Part shown: positions 48,719 through 58,839 of the stretch, piece by piece
Layout of the letters: each line of letters starts with the position of its first letter
How positions within the stretch are numbered: position 1 is the stretch's first letter
NCBI GenBank assembly: GCA_965656185.1
Contig: CBFHJH010000001.1
Location: forward strand, 291,089-355,088
Direction of reading: 5' to 3'
DNA length: 64,000 nt
Origin: Croceimicrobium sp.
Lineage (GTDB): Bacteria; Bacteroidota; Bacteroidia; Flavobacteriales; Schleiferiaceae
Notes under the pieces: generated by a model
The model's input: only the letters and a program-made list of their open reading frames with translations
What the model was told of the DNA's origin: nothing
Database searches by the model: none
Translations under genes and position numbers: made by a program

Positions 48719-51700
48719 CTAGTCCTGGCCAAGCTCTAGATTATAAGCATTTGTTTTATCGGTAATTTCTCGCACAACTTGGTCCAATTCGATCGCCGAT
48801 TGGTTAATATGGTCGAGGTATTCCTTTATGTTCTGCTCCATAGGTGAATCTTCGATTTCTATTAGGTTGACCAGTCCTAATATCCTAGCCAAAGGAGCTC
48901 TTAAAACATGCGATTGCAACCAGGCAATCTCTTGCAATTGTGCATTCTGCTTTTCTACCGTGCGCAGATAGGTGAGCCGTTCGGTAGCATCGTAAGAATA
49001 ACATGCTACACCACTGATGATCTTTTTGGAATTATAAATGGGATAGAGGTTTACACTAAAGATCACTTCTTTGCCATCGATAGTTTCTTCTAGTAGCTTC
49101 TGCACTTCTTTTCCCATTAAAGCTTCCATGTACAATTTACGCCATTTAATTGCACGTTCTTCTCCTAAGGAAGGGTGGAGTACATTGTCGCCGATGCCGA
49201 AGCTTTGTTTACTAATATGTTGCAAGTATTCAATATAATGCTTGTTGGCACTAAGGAGTTCAAAGGCTGGATTCACAGACCAAATATGGTCTTCGGTTGC
49301 ATTTATCAAGGCCTTTGTATTCCGAGTAAGCTGTTCAATCTCCTGTTGCCTTCTTCTAATTTCCGTGATGTCACGTATAAAAATCGAAACACCTATTTCT
49401 TTAGGATATACCGAGATATCAAGCCATTTCGATTCCTTTTCGAAAAAGCTGATCAAATTGGATTTTTGGGAATACTGAAATGCTTGTTGGATGTTATCGT
49501 ATAGCTGGCGATGGCGAGTGAAGCTAAATATTTCATCGAGCGCCATGGATTCACTGAATACGGTATCATGAATATCAAAAATATCTAAGGCTGCTTTATT
49601 TATGTAGTTGATGCGCAGTGATTTATCTACAGTAATGAAACCTTCATTTACGGAGCTTAGTATGCTTTCTCTTTCCGCTAAAGCGTTCGACATTTCCTCT
49701 TCATAGGTGGCGATCTGGGTAATATCCCAATTTAAACCTACTGATCTAATGGCTTTTCCAGTATTATCGCGGTAGATCTTCCCGCGAGAAGCGATATGCT
49801 TAATGCCATTTGAAGTAAGAATTCTAAAGCGAAAATTAAGATCATCCGAGTCACCTTCGAAGGATTCATTTACCACCTGAAGACTGGCTTCAATATCTTC
49901 TGGATGAACACAAGCTTTCCAATCTTCGAATTTACCCGCAAAACGCTCTTTATCGACTTCGTAGATGCGGAACATATTATCGTCCCATATCAGCTTCTCA
50001 TTAAGAATGTCCAAATCCCAGATGCCCATTTCGTTCACTTCCAGAGCTAGTTCTAAACGGGTATTTAATTCTTGGTATTCCTTTTTATTCTCTCGCTCCG
50101 TGGTAATATCGCGTTGCACCGAAATGAAATGACTAATGCTACCAAGCTCATTCTTTACCGGGATGATATTGAGACTTAGCCAATAGGGCTTACCATTTTT
50201 ATGATAATTGATCAGCTCTGCTTCTACGGCTTGGCCCTTTCGTAAGGCTTGTGAAATCCGGTAGAGCTCCTGTTTATCGGTCTTTGGACCTTGAAGCATG
50301 CGTGGATTTTTGCCCATGAACTCTTGCGCGCTATAACCCGATAATTGCTGCATAGCAGTATTGGCGTACAAGATAAACGGTCCTTTCCCATGGATATCAA
50401 CGTTATTGGTGATGAGAATACCATCATGCGCGTTTTCGAAAACATTTTCGAATAAATTAAGGCGTTCCACTCTTTGCTTGCGCAGATCGATATTACTTCG
50501 TGTACCGATGATTTCGGAAGGTTCTTCCATTTTGTCGTAACTGGAAATTCTACCACGATCTTCAAACCAGCGATATTCCCCATCGAAGCATTTGTAACGT
50601 AATTCGGCAATGTAGCTGTCAGTTTCCCCATTTAAATAGCGCTTAAACGCCAAGCGAGATACTGCAAGGTCCTCGGGGTGGATCCTTTTCAAGGAATCCT
50701 CGATGAATATTTCGGAATGGTCTTTATCCAATTTTACCAAATCATTATAGCGACGATCACCACTGATCATTTTGGTCTTCAGATTATAGCGCCAAACTCC
50801 AGAATTAGCACCAGCAAGGGCTTGATGAAGAACTAAGGAGTTTTCACTTAACTGGCTGCGGTAACGGATGCCTTTCAAAATAGCGTTTGCTTGATTTCCG
50901 GCCATTTCAAAAACCTCCTTGGAGAAATGGCTTGGAACACCGTTTAGGAAGCCCAGTAAACATATTCCTTGGGTAGCATTGTCGAATTTATAGCGATAGA
51001 GATAGAGTTTGATCGGTTGAGCAATATTTCCAGCGCTTAAATTCGGCATGGGCAGTTCGATACCCAAGCCTTTTATTTGCGACCATGTCAATTCTACTAT
51101 GGCAGAATCTTTAGCTAATTTTGCATCTAAGCCTTTGAAAATAGGGTAACTATGGCCTAGTTTAAAAGGGCTGTTCTTCATTTTACCTTTTAGTGTATCA
51201 AAGAGGTAATTCACCTCGAAGTGCTCTTGGTCGTCAATGTCAAGACGCGAGCTGGAAAGGATATAAGCCTCATTATTGAGCCATTTTTTAAGTAGCTTCC
51301 CAAGTTCCTGGTGTACTACCTCTTCTGATTCCGCGTCGACCATTTTTAAACCCGCTACGGCAAAGTTTTTGAAGAAGTCTTTCTGAGCTTTGTCCTTTTT
51401 GCGGTTCAACTCGAGGTTGCTTATGTCCCGGCAAATACCCTCAACAAGGGTAACACCTTCGCTATTAACCCTAGCGTATACCGCCATTTCAACGAACTTC
51501 ATTTTTCCATTTACCGAAAGTTGAAGCTTTCGCTTGAAGGATTTATTATCCTGAATAGCTAATTGGTACTTCGCTTCAAAGCGCTTGTATTTCCCTTTTG
51601 GCAGAAAGGATTTTATTAGATCGAGAATGTTTGTTGGCTCCTTGGAAAGTACTTCAAAATCTAATATTTGTTCCATACCCTTAGACCAGGTGAAGCTTTT

Positions 51701-52558
51701 CGTAGCGGGTGCATAAGTCCAGTTGCCAATCCCGGCTAGCTTTTGCACCGAGCTGAGCTCATTACTTTTCTTCGCCAGATTTTTGTCGTTATTCACGAGC
51801 CCGCTAATATCTTCTGAAAGCACGTTGGCGCCAATGATCCGACCTTCGGCATCATAAGCTGGAATTACAACGACCTTTAAGGTTCTTAAATGCCTTGGAT
51901 TTTCAGGATCCTGATACTCATCCCGGTAGGTCTTAGATTGCCCCTTAAAGGCCTTTTTATATCGCTGCTGCCAAATGTCCCATTGCTTTTTGGGAAAACC
52001 GGGAATCTTATTCATCTGCATGCCTGGAGCGAGCTCTACCTGGAAAAATGCCTTAAAGTTGGATTGAAAAATAGAGTTCAGACCAAGCAGTCTAAAGCGC
52101 TTATCCACCGACCAAATTTCGAAATTCACGTGCTTTCGATTGTTCATCAATTGGGAAACCTGTTCTTCAAAATAGCTTTGACCACGGGTTTTAAAACTAC
52201 TAAGAGCCTTTTCAATGCTTAAAGGACTTATCTCGGAAGGGTTTAGAAGGGCAGTTACCCCTTGGGCCAGCAATTTCCTACTTAAACTTAAATTATCTTC
52301 AGAGAGTAAAACCAACAAGGGTATTGCGGGCGAGGAATGCAGCCAATCATTAAGCAATTCCTTACAAATAGGGGTGTCTTCCCAATTAAGGACCAACCAG
52401 TCGCAGTTTGTGGAAATCTCATTTAAGCGAAACTCAGAGAATGAATGATAACTAAGATTCGCGATCTCGAGCAACTCGAATGCATTACTAAACTGGGCTA
52501 AGTCAAACAAGGGCTCCGATAGGGCTGAAACCTGTACTAAATTTAAAGAGGGGTTCAA
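48719..52558 (-). CDS. multi-PAS sensor protein with degenerate N-terminal receiver-like region and terminal HisKA domain but no HATPase domain
   Basis: Multiple PAS/PAC units; QSHVLRAPLARILGL H-box about 45 aa from the C-terminus. Confidence 0.82.
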   Translation of the reverse strand: MNPSLNLVQVSALSEPLFDLAQFSNAFELLEIANLSYHSFSEFRLNEISTNCDWLVLNWEDTPICKELLNDWLHSSPAIPLLVLLSEDNLSLSRKLLAQGVTALLNPSEISPLSIEKALSSFKTRGQSYFEEQVSQLMNNRKHVNFEIWSVDKRFRLLGLNSIFQSNFKAFFQVELAPGMQMNKIPGFPKKQWDIWQQRYKKAFKGQSKTYRDEYQDPENPRHLRTLKVVVIPAYDAEGRIIGANVLSEDISGLVNNDKNLAKKSNELSSVQKLAGIGNWTYAPATKSFTWSKGMEQILDFEVLSKEPTNILDLIKSFLPKGKYKRFEAKYQLAIQDNKSFKRKLQLSVNGKMKFVEMAVYARVNSEGVTLVEGICRDISNLELNRKKDKAQKDFFKNFAVAGLKMVDAESEEVVHQELGKLLKKWLNNEAYILSSSRLDIDDQEHFEVNYLFDTLKGKMKNSPFKLGHSYPIFKGLDAKLAKDSAIVELTWSQIKGLGIELPMPNLSAGNIAQPIKLYLYRYKFDNATQGICLLGFLNGVPSHFSKEVFEMAGNQANAILKGIRYRSQLSENSLVLHQALAGANSGVWRYNLKTKMISGDRRYNDLVKLDKDHSEIFIEDSLKRIHPEDLAVSRLAFKRYLNGETDSYIAELRYKCFDGEYRWFEDRGRISSYDKMEEPSEIIGTRSNIDLRKQRVERLNLFENVFENAHDGILITNNVDIHGKGPFILYANTAMQQLSGYSAQEFMGKNPRMLQGPKTDKQELYRISQALRKGQAVEAELINYHKNGKPYWLSLNIIPVKNELGSISHFISVQRDITTERENKKEYQELNTRLELALEVNEMGIWDLDILNEKLIWDDNMFRIYEVDKERFAGKFEDWKACVHPEDIEASLQVVNESFEGDSDDLNFRFRILTSNGIKHIASRGKIYRDNTGKAIRSVGLNWDITQIATYEEEMSNALAERESILSSVNEGFITVDKSLRINYINKAALDIFDIHDTVFSESMALDEIFSFTRHRQLYDNIQQAFQYSQKSNLISFFEKESKWLDISVYPKEIGVSIFIRDITEIRRRQQEIEQLTRNTKALINATEDHIWSVNPAFELLSANKHYIEYLQHISKQSFGIGDNVLHPSLGEERAIKWRKLYMEALMGKEVQKLLEETIDGKEVIFSVNLYPIYNSKKIISGVACYSYDATERLTYLRTVEKQNAQLQEIAWLQSHVLRAPLARILGLVNLIEIEDSPMEQNIKEYLDHINQSAIELDQVVREITDKTNAYNLELGQD

Positions 52559-52749
52559 TTTACTTGGTTTTGGTTGATGACCTAATCTGAAGACTATAGT
52601 CTTACTAAGGTAAGTTAAATCCTGTGCTCTATAAGATTTTTATTGAATTATTACCAATAATCGTGTGCTTGAAAATTGTCTGAATTTATTCTCAAAAGCA
52701 TCGAATTTCCAAGCATTCCGCTGTAATTTAGCTGGTATAAACTTCAGTT

Positions 52750-54243
52750 ATGAAAAAGATCTTGATCGCAAATCGGGGTGAAATAGCCTTGCGGATTATG
52801 AAATCGGCTAAGGAAATGGGTATTAAAACGGTGGCCGTCTATTCGGAGGCCGATCGCAATTCGCCTCACGTAAAATATGCGGATGAAGCGGTATTGTTAG
52901 GACCGCCACCAAGCGCTCAGTCCTATCTTTTAGGCGACAAGATCATTGAAGTTTGTAAAGAGTTAGGGGTGGAGGGAATCCATCCTGGTTATGGGTTCTT
53001 AAGTGAGAACGGAGACTTTGCCCAAGCGGTTGAAGATGCTGGGCTTACTTTTATTGGGCCTAAAGCCCATTCCATGAAGGTGATGGGAGACAAGTTAAGT
53101 GCGAAGGAAGCTGCTCGAGAATTTGGCATTCCTTTAGTTCCCGGCACAGAAGGAGCGATCGAAGATCCAGAGGAAGCAATCGAGATTTCACGCTCAATTG
53201 GTTTTCCGGTGCTCATTAAAGCTTCTGCCGGGGGTGGCGGAAAAGGAATGCGTATCGTAGAGAAAGAGGAGGAGCTTGAAGAACAGATCCACAGTGCCAT
53301 TTCTGAAGCTAAAAGCGCCTTTGGTAATGGAGCGGTGTTTATTGAGAAATACGTGAGTTCTCCACGCCACATCGAGGTACAAGTGCTATGCGATAGCCAT
53401 GGCAATATGGTGCACTTATTTGAGCGCGAATGTTCGGTACAACGCCGTCACCAAAAGGTTATTGAAGAAGCACCTTCAGCGATCTTAAGTGATGAACTTA
53501 GGGCTGAGATGGGCGTCAAAGCAGTAGACGTAGCGCGATCTTGTAATTACCTTGGCGCAGGAACGGTAGAGTTCATCATGGATGAAGATCATAACTTCTA
53601 TTTCATGGAAATGAATACCCGTTTACAGGTGGAGCATCCTGTTACAGAAATGGTTACAGGAGTAGACCTAGTAAAAGAACAAATACGCATTGCTCGAGGC
53701 GAAAAGCTGTCCTTTGAACAAAAAGATCTGCAGATCCACGGCCATTCGATTGAGGTTAGGGTTTATGCTGAAAATGCCCGTGAAAACTTTATGCCGGATA
53801 TTGGAAAGCTTAGAGTTTATCAACGGCCGCATGGAGTTGGGGTAAGGGTAGACGATGGTTTTGAAGAGGGTATGGATATTCCGATCTACTATGATCCAAT
53901 GATTTCAAAATTGGTCACCTACGGGAAAAACCGTGAAGAAGCAAGGCAAAGAATGGTGCGTGCGATTGAAGATTATAAGATCGTAGGATTACATACCACT
54001 ATGGAGTTTGCTAAGTTCGTAATGGAACACCCTGCCTTTGTTAGTGGTGATTTTGACACCCACTTTGTGAATAAGCATTTTAGTCCCGAATTACTGGACC
54101 AAACTCAGGAGGAGACCGCTAATGAAGTGGCGGCGCTAATTACGGCCCAGCTTTTGTCTTCAGATTCAAAGAGAAAGAAATCCAATAATAGTAGTAAAGG
54201 TTCTGGGAACAAAGCCAGCGCCTGGAAAGCGAATCGCCTATGA
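52750..54243 (+). CDS. accC: acetyl/propionyl-CoA carboxylase biotin carboxylase subunit
   Basis: ANRGEIA, HPGYGFLSEN, GGGGKGMR, ERECSVQRRHQK, EMNTRLQVEHPVTE. Confidence 0.93.
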   Translation: MKKILIANRGEIALRIMKSAKEMGIKTVAVYSEADRNSPHVKYADEAVLLGPPPSAQSYLLGDKIIEVCKELGVEGIHPGYGFLSENGDFAQAVEDAGLTFIGPKAHSMKVMGDKLSAKEAAREFGIPLVPGTEGAIEDPEEAIEISRSIGFPVLIKASAGGGGKGMRIVEKEEELEEQIHSAISEAKSAFGNGAVFIEKYVSSPRHIEVQVLCDSHGNMVHLFERECSVQRRHQKVIEEAPSAILSDELRAEMGVKAVDVARSCNYLGAGTVEFIMDEDHNFYFMEMNTRLQVEHPVTEMVTGVDLVKEQIRIARGEKLSFEQKDLQIHGHSIEVRVYAENARENFMPDIGKLRVYQRPHGVGVRVDDGFEEGMDIPIYYDPMISKLVTYGKNREEARQRMVRAIEDYKIVGLHTTMEFAKFVMEHPAFVSGDFDTHFVNKHFSPELLDQTQEETANEVAALITAQLLSSDSKRKKSNNSSKGSGNKASAWKANRL

Positions 54244-54926
54244 GAATAAAGGTCCTACTTTTTACGATGCTTTTTTGTACACCACTTTGGATGTGGTCGC
54301 AAAAAGATAGCACCGATAACAAGGGCCTGGTGCAATATGCCTCCAAGAATCGCAACAATATTATGGATGCGATTATCGTGGATGGCGACACGATACCCAT
54401 TCTAGTGTTGGATGAAGTCTTATTGGTGGATAAACCCACTTTTGATAGTAGGGAAGCGCGACGGCGGTATTACATTTTAAAGCGCAAGGTGATGAAGGTG
54501 TATCCTTACGCCGTAATTGCTGGGAACAAGCTCGATAGCTTAAACTTGTTGCTGGAAGGGAAAAACCGCTGGCAAAAGCGCCGATTGATCAAAGAGTTTC
54601 AAGAGTATTTGGAAGATAAGTTCGAAGGTAAACTGCGTAAATTAACGCACAGTGAAGGGCAGATTTTGTCAAAATTGATCTTTCGAGAAACCCAAATGAC
54701 CACCTACGATCTTATTTCTGAGTATCGCAGCGGCTGGCGAGCTTTCTGGTGGAATAGTATCGCTTATTTCAATGAAATTTCTTTAAAAACTCCTTATGAG
54801 CCCGAAGTGATTGAGGAGGATAAGCTGATCGAAACCATTCTGCAAAGAGCTTTTATCCAAGGATTCTTGGAGGAAAGAGTGCCTATAACTAGCCTAGATC
54901 AAGGGCAAAAGGAAGGCGCCCAATAA
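54240..54926 (+). CDS. DUF4294-like secreted protein
   Basis: Signal peptide; KVYPYA, LTHSEGQILSKLI.RE. Confidence 0.75.
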   Translation: MRIKVLLFTMLFCTPLWMWSQKDSTDNKGLVQYASKNRNNIMDAIIVDGDTIPILVLDEVLLVDKPTFDSREARRRYYILKRKVMKVYPYAVIAGNKLDSLNLLLEGKNRWQKRRLIKEFQEYLEDKFEGKLRKLTHSEGQILSKLIFRETQMTTYDLISEYRSGWRAFWWNSIAYFNEISLKTPYEPEVIEEDKLIETILQRAFIQGFLEERVPITSLDQGQKEGAQ

Positions 54927-55700
54927 AGCAATCGCAATGCCGTAAACCACGGCAGAGATTATCATTATGGCCAATCCCTCTGCCACAGCTCTTAACCATC
55001 TGAGCGCAAATAGGGAACGGTAGTAATACACAAAATAGGCGATAGTTATTATAAAGTATGTCAGGTATAAAACCGCTTCATTTACCAATCGACTTAGGAA
55101 AAACCCCAAAGACAATATGTTGATTACGGTAGTATAATAGCTATTAAAAACAAGGTGCTCGGCATAGTTCAGGTCACTTTTGCGCTTGAATAGCCAAGAG
55201 AAAAAGGAAACGATTGGTATGTATAACCAAAGAATGAGGTTAAAATAATTATTGAAGAGCCTGCCCAGTTGTTGGTATTTTTCCTGGATCTGCTCCATTT
55301 TTTCAGCATTGTCCTTCTCGGAAATTTCTCTAGAGCCAAAGGATTGACCGAGATCATAGCCTGCGTTAAACTGTTCTTGTCCCATTTGCTGGACCTCTTG
55401 CTGTCCGGAAGGACTGACGGCACTAATACCAGGGGTATAGCCGGTAAACTTTATAAGAAGAATAAGGAGGGTGGTGCTCAGGAAAAGCATATTGAAGGGG
55501 GAGCTGTACTTTAATCTACCTTCCCCTAGGTAATGGCGCGTGCTCGCTCCTGGGCTCTTAATTAAGGCCAAGAGTGTGAAAAGTATACCCCGTTCTAAAT
55601 TGAAAGCGTTTAAAAAGGTGCTTAATGCATTCTTAAGATTGAAGCGTTTAATCCTACGCTTCTCACTGACTTCAATCTCAAAGTTAGGATCCCTTTTCAT
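54894..55700 (-). CDS. DUF3667-like membrane protein
   Basis: ERGILFT...PG...YL.G.R.KYSSP; YAEHLVF; several TM segments. Confidence 0.72.
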   Translation of the reverse strand: MKRDPNFEIEVSEKRRIKRFNLKNALSTFLNAFNLERGILFTLLALIKSPGASTRHYLGEGRLKYSSPFNMLFLSTTLLILLIKFTGYTPGISAVSPSGQQEVQQMGQEQFNAGYDLGQSFGSREISEKDNAEKMEQIQEKYQQLGRLFNNYFNLILWLYIPIVSFFSWLFKRKSDLNYAEHLVFNSYYTTVINILSLGFFLSRLVNEAVLYLTYFIITIAYFVYYYRSLFALRWLRAVAEGLAIMIISAVVYGIAIALLGAFLLPLI

Positions 55701-57822
55701 TTTTAACTTGCTTTATAGACAGCTGAATACGAGCTCGTTCCAAATCTACGGCAATTACCTTAACCTTTACCGCCTGTTGAAGATTAAGTTCTTCCGCCGG
55801 GTCGCTAATAAAACGATCTGCTATTTCGGATATATGAACCAACCCAGTTTGTTTTATACCAAGATCCACAAAAGCACCAAACTTGGTTAAGTTATTCACC
55901 AAGCCCGGTAGGATCATTCCAACTTTTAAGTCCTCCATCTTGCGAATGCTAGAGTCGAAACTAAAGGCCCGCATCGTTCCACGCTGGTCCCGGCCTGCTT
56001 TGAGCAGTTCTTCCCGAATCGACTCCATCTGCAATTTCCCTTCAGACTCGATCAATGCCAGAGGAAATTCCAGGTTTTCTAAAAGTGCTTTGTCGCTAAT
56101 TAATTGATCGATACCCACCTTGACCTGCCTGGCAAGCGCTTTGACCAAGTCATAAGATTCGGGGTGCACAGCGGTGCTGTCTAAGAGCTCTGTCGCCTTA
56201 TTGATCCTAAGAAAACCAGCGGATTGCTCAAAGGCTTTCGCTCCTAAGCCATTGACTTCAAGTAATTCGGCCCGACTTCTAAAAGACCCATGTTCCTTGC
56301 GGTGGTCGATGATGCTTTGAGCTAATTTTGGACCCAATCCAGAAATAAAACGCAGCAGATGGGCCGATGCTTGATTGAGTTCCACTCCGATCTCATTCAC
56401 TACAGAGACCACAGTTTTCTCTAGTTCTACTTCTAATTTCTTGGGGTTTAGGTCATGTTGATACTGACCCACTCCGATCGCTTTTGGGTCGATCTTCACC
56501 AATTCGGCCAAAGGGTCTTGGAGGCGCCTACCGATCGAAACCGCACCCCGCACCGTAACGTCGTAATTGGGAAATTCTGCCCGGGCTACCGAAGAGGCGG
56601 AGTATACCGAAGCCCCCGCTTCGCTAACCGAAAAAATTTGAACTTTACGCTTGAATTGCGCCCGCTCCACCAAGTACTCCGTTTCTCTTCCGGCTGTTCC
56701 GTTACCAATGGCGATAGCGTCGATTTTATAAGCTTCCACTAGCTGAGCAAGCTTTCGCAAAGCTTGTTTACGATCATTTTGTGGGGGATGGGGGTAGATG
56801 TTCTCATTGTGTAAAAGAGCACCCTGTTCGTTTAAACAAACTAGTTTGCAACCACTTTTAAAGCCTGGGTCTATGGCCAAGACTCGTTTTGCATGGAGCG
56901 GCGGGGCGCTTAGAAGCTGCCTCAAATTATTGGCAAATACCTTTATGGCGGTATCCTCCGCTTTTTCGCGGGCTTCATTTTTAAGCTCTAAGCTAAAGGA
57001 GGGGGCCAGGTTTTTTTGATAGGCTTTACGATATGCTTTCTTCAACCAAGGAGATGAGACGCCTTGCCCTCTGCTTAATACACTTTCGATCAGTTCAAGG
57101 GCAGTTTCTTTTACTGGAGCGATCTTCAGCGTTAATACGCCTTCACTTTCGGCTCTTAAAATGGCGAGCATCCTATGGCTGGGTATTTTGGCTAATGGAT
57201 CAGCGTAGGAGTGATAGTCTCGGTAATGGTCGGCTTTTTCGTGATCTGGATCCTTTAATTTGCAACTTAACAGTGAAGCGCGCTGAAACAATTGTCGTAA
57301 CCTTTTACGTAGGTATTGATTTTCATTTATCCATTGGGCAGCAATGTCTAAAGCGCCTTCGCTTACACTTTCTGAATCCTGAAAAGGTCCTCGCTTAAAG
57401 CTAGAAGCGCGATTCGTGAAGGCCTGGTCCTCTTGCTTCATGACCAAAGCGGCTAAACTGCCTAAACCATGTTCTAAAGCCAGGTCGGCCTTGGTAGTAC
57501 GTTTGGGTTTGAAAGGTAGATAGAAGTCCTCCAATTCGACCAAGGAACGTATTTCTTCCAATTGTTGGGCCCGTTCGGTAGTGTAGTGGCCATTGTCCTT
57601 TAAGCTTTTTAGGATACTCTCTTTGCGATCACTTAGCTTGTCGAAGTAAGCCAAGCGCTCCTCAATAGCGGCTATGATTTCTTCATTAAGGCCACCGGTA
57701 GCCTCTTTTCGATAGCGCGCAATAAAGGCAAGGCTATTACCATCTTTTAAAAGTTGAACACAGTTCTTAAGGCCTGAACCCTTTAGACTAAGGTCTTGGG
57801 CGATCCAATCAAGGTGCTTCAC
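55684..57822 (-). CDS. tex: Tex-family S1 RNA-binding transcription accessory protein (start likely GTG 57822)
   Basis: FIARYRKEATGGL, AIDPGFKSGCK, IGNGTAGRE, IGVGQYQHD, C-terminal S1; GTG overlaps the upstream TAG. Confidence 0.92.
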   Translation of the reverse strand: MKHLDWIAQDLSLKGSGLKNCVQLLKDGNSLAFIARYRKEATGGLNEEIIAAIEERLAYFDKLSDRKESILKSLKDNGHYTTERAQQLEEIRSLVELEDFYLPFKPKRTTKADLALEHGLGSLAALVMKQEDQAFTNRASSFKRGPFQDSESVSEGALDIAAQWINENQYLRKRLRQLFQRASLLSCKLKDPDHEKADHYRDYHSYADPLAKIPSHRMLAILRAESEGVLTLKIAPVKETALELIESVLSRGQGVSSPWLKKAYRKAYQKNLAPSFSLELKNEAREKAEDTAIKVFANNLRQLLSAPPLHAKRVLAIDPGFKSGCKLVCLNEQGALLHNENIYPHPPQNDRKQALRKLAQLVEAYKIDAIAIGNGTAGRETEYLVERAQFKRKVQIFSVSEAGASVYSASSVARAEFPNYDVTVRGAVSIGRRLQDPLAELVKIDPKAIGVGQYQHDLNPKKLEVELEKTVVSVVNEIGVELNQASAHLLRFISGLGPKLAQSIIDHRKEHGSFRSRAELLEVNGLGAKAFEQSAGFLRINKATELLDSTAVHPESYDLVKALARQVKVGIDQLISDKALLENLEFPLALIESEGKLQMESIREELLKAGRDQRGTMRAFSFDSSIRKMEDLKVGMILPGLVNNLTKFGAFVDLGIKQTGLVHISEIADRFISDPAEELNLQQAVKVKVIAVDLERARIQLSIKQVKNEKGS

Positions 57823-58196
57823 TAAAATAAATTTGAGATTTGAGCCGGAATTCGCATAGGCCTGTTTTGTTTTGGGTCTAGGGCTATCCAATGACTTAAG
57901 CAAGAGCAGAGTAATTCATTATCACGTAGGATATCTACCCGACGTACACTTCGAAATCCTTCCATTTGCTCCACCCAAGTAACTAAATGGATTTTCTCTT
58001 CGGCGAAAGCCGGTTTAAAATATTCTATTTCATGCTTTCGTACTACCCAGATTATGCCTGTATCGCGTCCGGCTGCGGCAAACCAATGCGCACCAGCAAC
58101 CTCTTGCACCCATTGTAAATAAACGACGTTATTTACGTGCTGCAAGTCGTCTAAGTGCTCGGGACGCACGGTAACTTCTTTTTCGAACTTGGTCAT
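57822..58196 (-). CDS. hot-dog acyl-CoA thioesterase
   Basis: HLDDLQHVNNVVY. Confidence 0.85.
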   Translation of the reverse strand: MTKFEKEVTVRPEHLDDLQHVNNVVYLQWVQEVAGAHWFAAAGRDTGIIWVVRKHEIEYFKPAFAEEKIHLVTWVEQMEGFRSVRRVDILRDNELLCSCLSHWIALDPKQNRPMRIPAQISNLF

Positions 58197-58223
58197 GCGC
58201 GCAAAGCAAGCAAAAAACTTTCT

Positions 58224-58706
58224 TTAATCCTGAATAGCTGAGTTCCACATGTCTCGAGTTGAAACCAAACGGCCGTCAACTTTCTGGAAGAGAACCATAT
58301 AAAAACCGTGGTCGATTTCTTCGCCTTCATCGTTAAACTCACTCCAGCGGCCAGACTCCATCGCCATTTCGTCGCTGTTGGCAAATACGTCGATAGTGGT
58401 GTATTTGAAATTAAAGGAACGGCCCGTAGTGTCGTCTACAACGCTATTGCGGAAATGGTTGATAATCTGTTGCTTCCCAAATAATTGCTCGCGACCTTCA
58501 CCATAAGTCACCGCATTTTCGGCATAAAACTTCTTGAATAGACCCAGATCCTTTTGGTCGTAAGCCATTGCCAGCGTGTCTTCCATAGCGATAATGTAAG
58601 TCTTGATCTGCTCTAAATTGAAATCTTTTTTAGTAGTATCTTGTTTTACAGAATTATTGCAAGCGAATAGGGCTAAGGCGCCGATGAGGAATAGTACTTT
58701 TCTCAT
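58224..58706 (-). CDS. NTF2-like (DUF4440/YybH) lipoprotein
   Basis: Lipobox LFAC; GEEIDHGFYMVLFQKVDGRLVSTRDMWN. Confidence 0.75.
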   Translation of the reverse strand: MRKVLFLIGALALFACNNSVKQDTTKKDFNLEQIKTYIIAMEDTLAMAYDQKDLGLFKKFYAENAVTYGEGREQLFGKQQIINHFRNSVVDDTTGRSFNFKYTTIDVFANSDEMAMESGRWSEFNDEGEEIDHGFYMVLFQKVDGRLVSTRDMWNSAIQD

Positions 58707-58792
58707 GATATTGTTGGTTATATTGATCTCTAAGTTATGAAAAGCGGCGAGGCTAGGCCAGTCTTTAGACTAGAAAATTGATTTGCCCCTGC

Positions 58793-58822
58793 TTGCAATG
58801 CTCGATGTCAAACGTACCTTTG
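58793..58822 (+). promoter_or_regulatory. trkA promoter TTG-N19-TACCTTTG
   Basis: Consensus -7 at 58815-58822, 17 bp before ATG. Confidence 0.6.
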
Positions 58823-58839
58823 TTCTACATTAATAGATT

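Noticed and set aside
57823-57903. N-terminal extension of Tex from the ORF track
   Set aside because: It overlaps the thioesterase gene; the GTG at 57822 coupled to the upstream TAG is a better start
15232-58196. three hot-dog thioesterases as a pathway
   Set aside because: Dispersed over 43 kb in unrelated contexts; multiple paralogues are common
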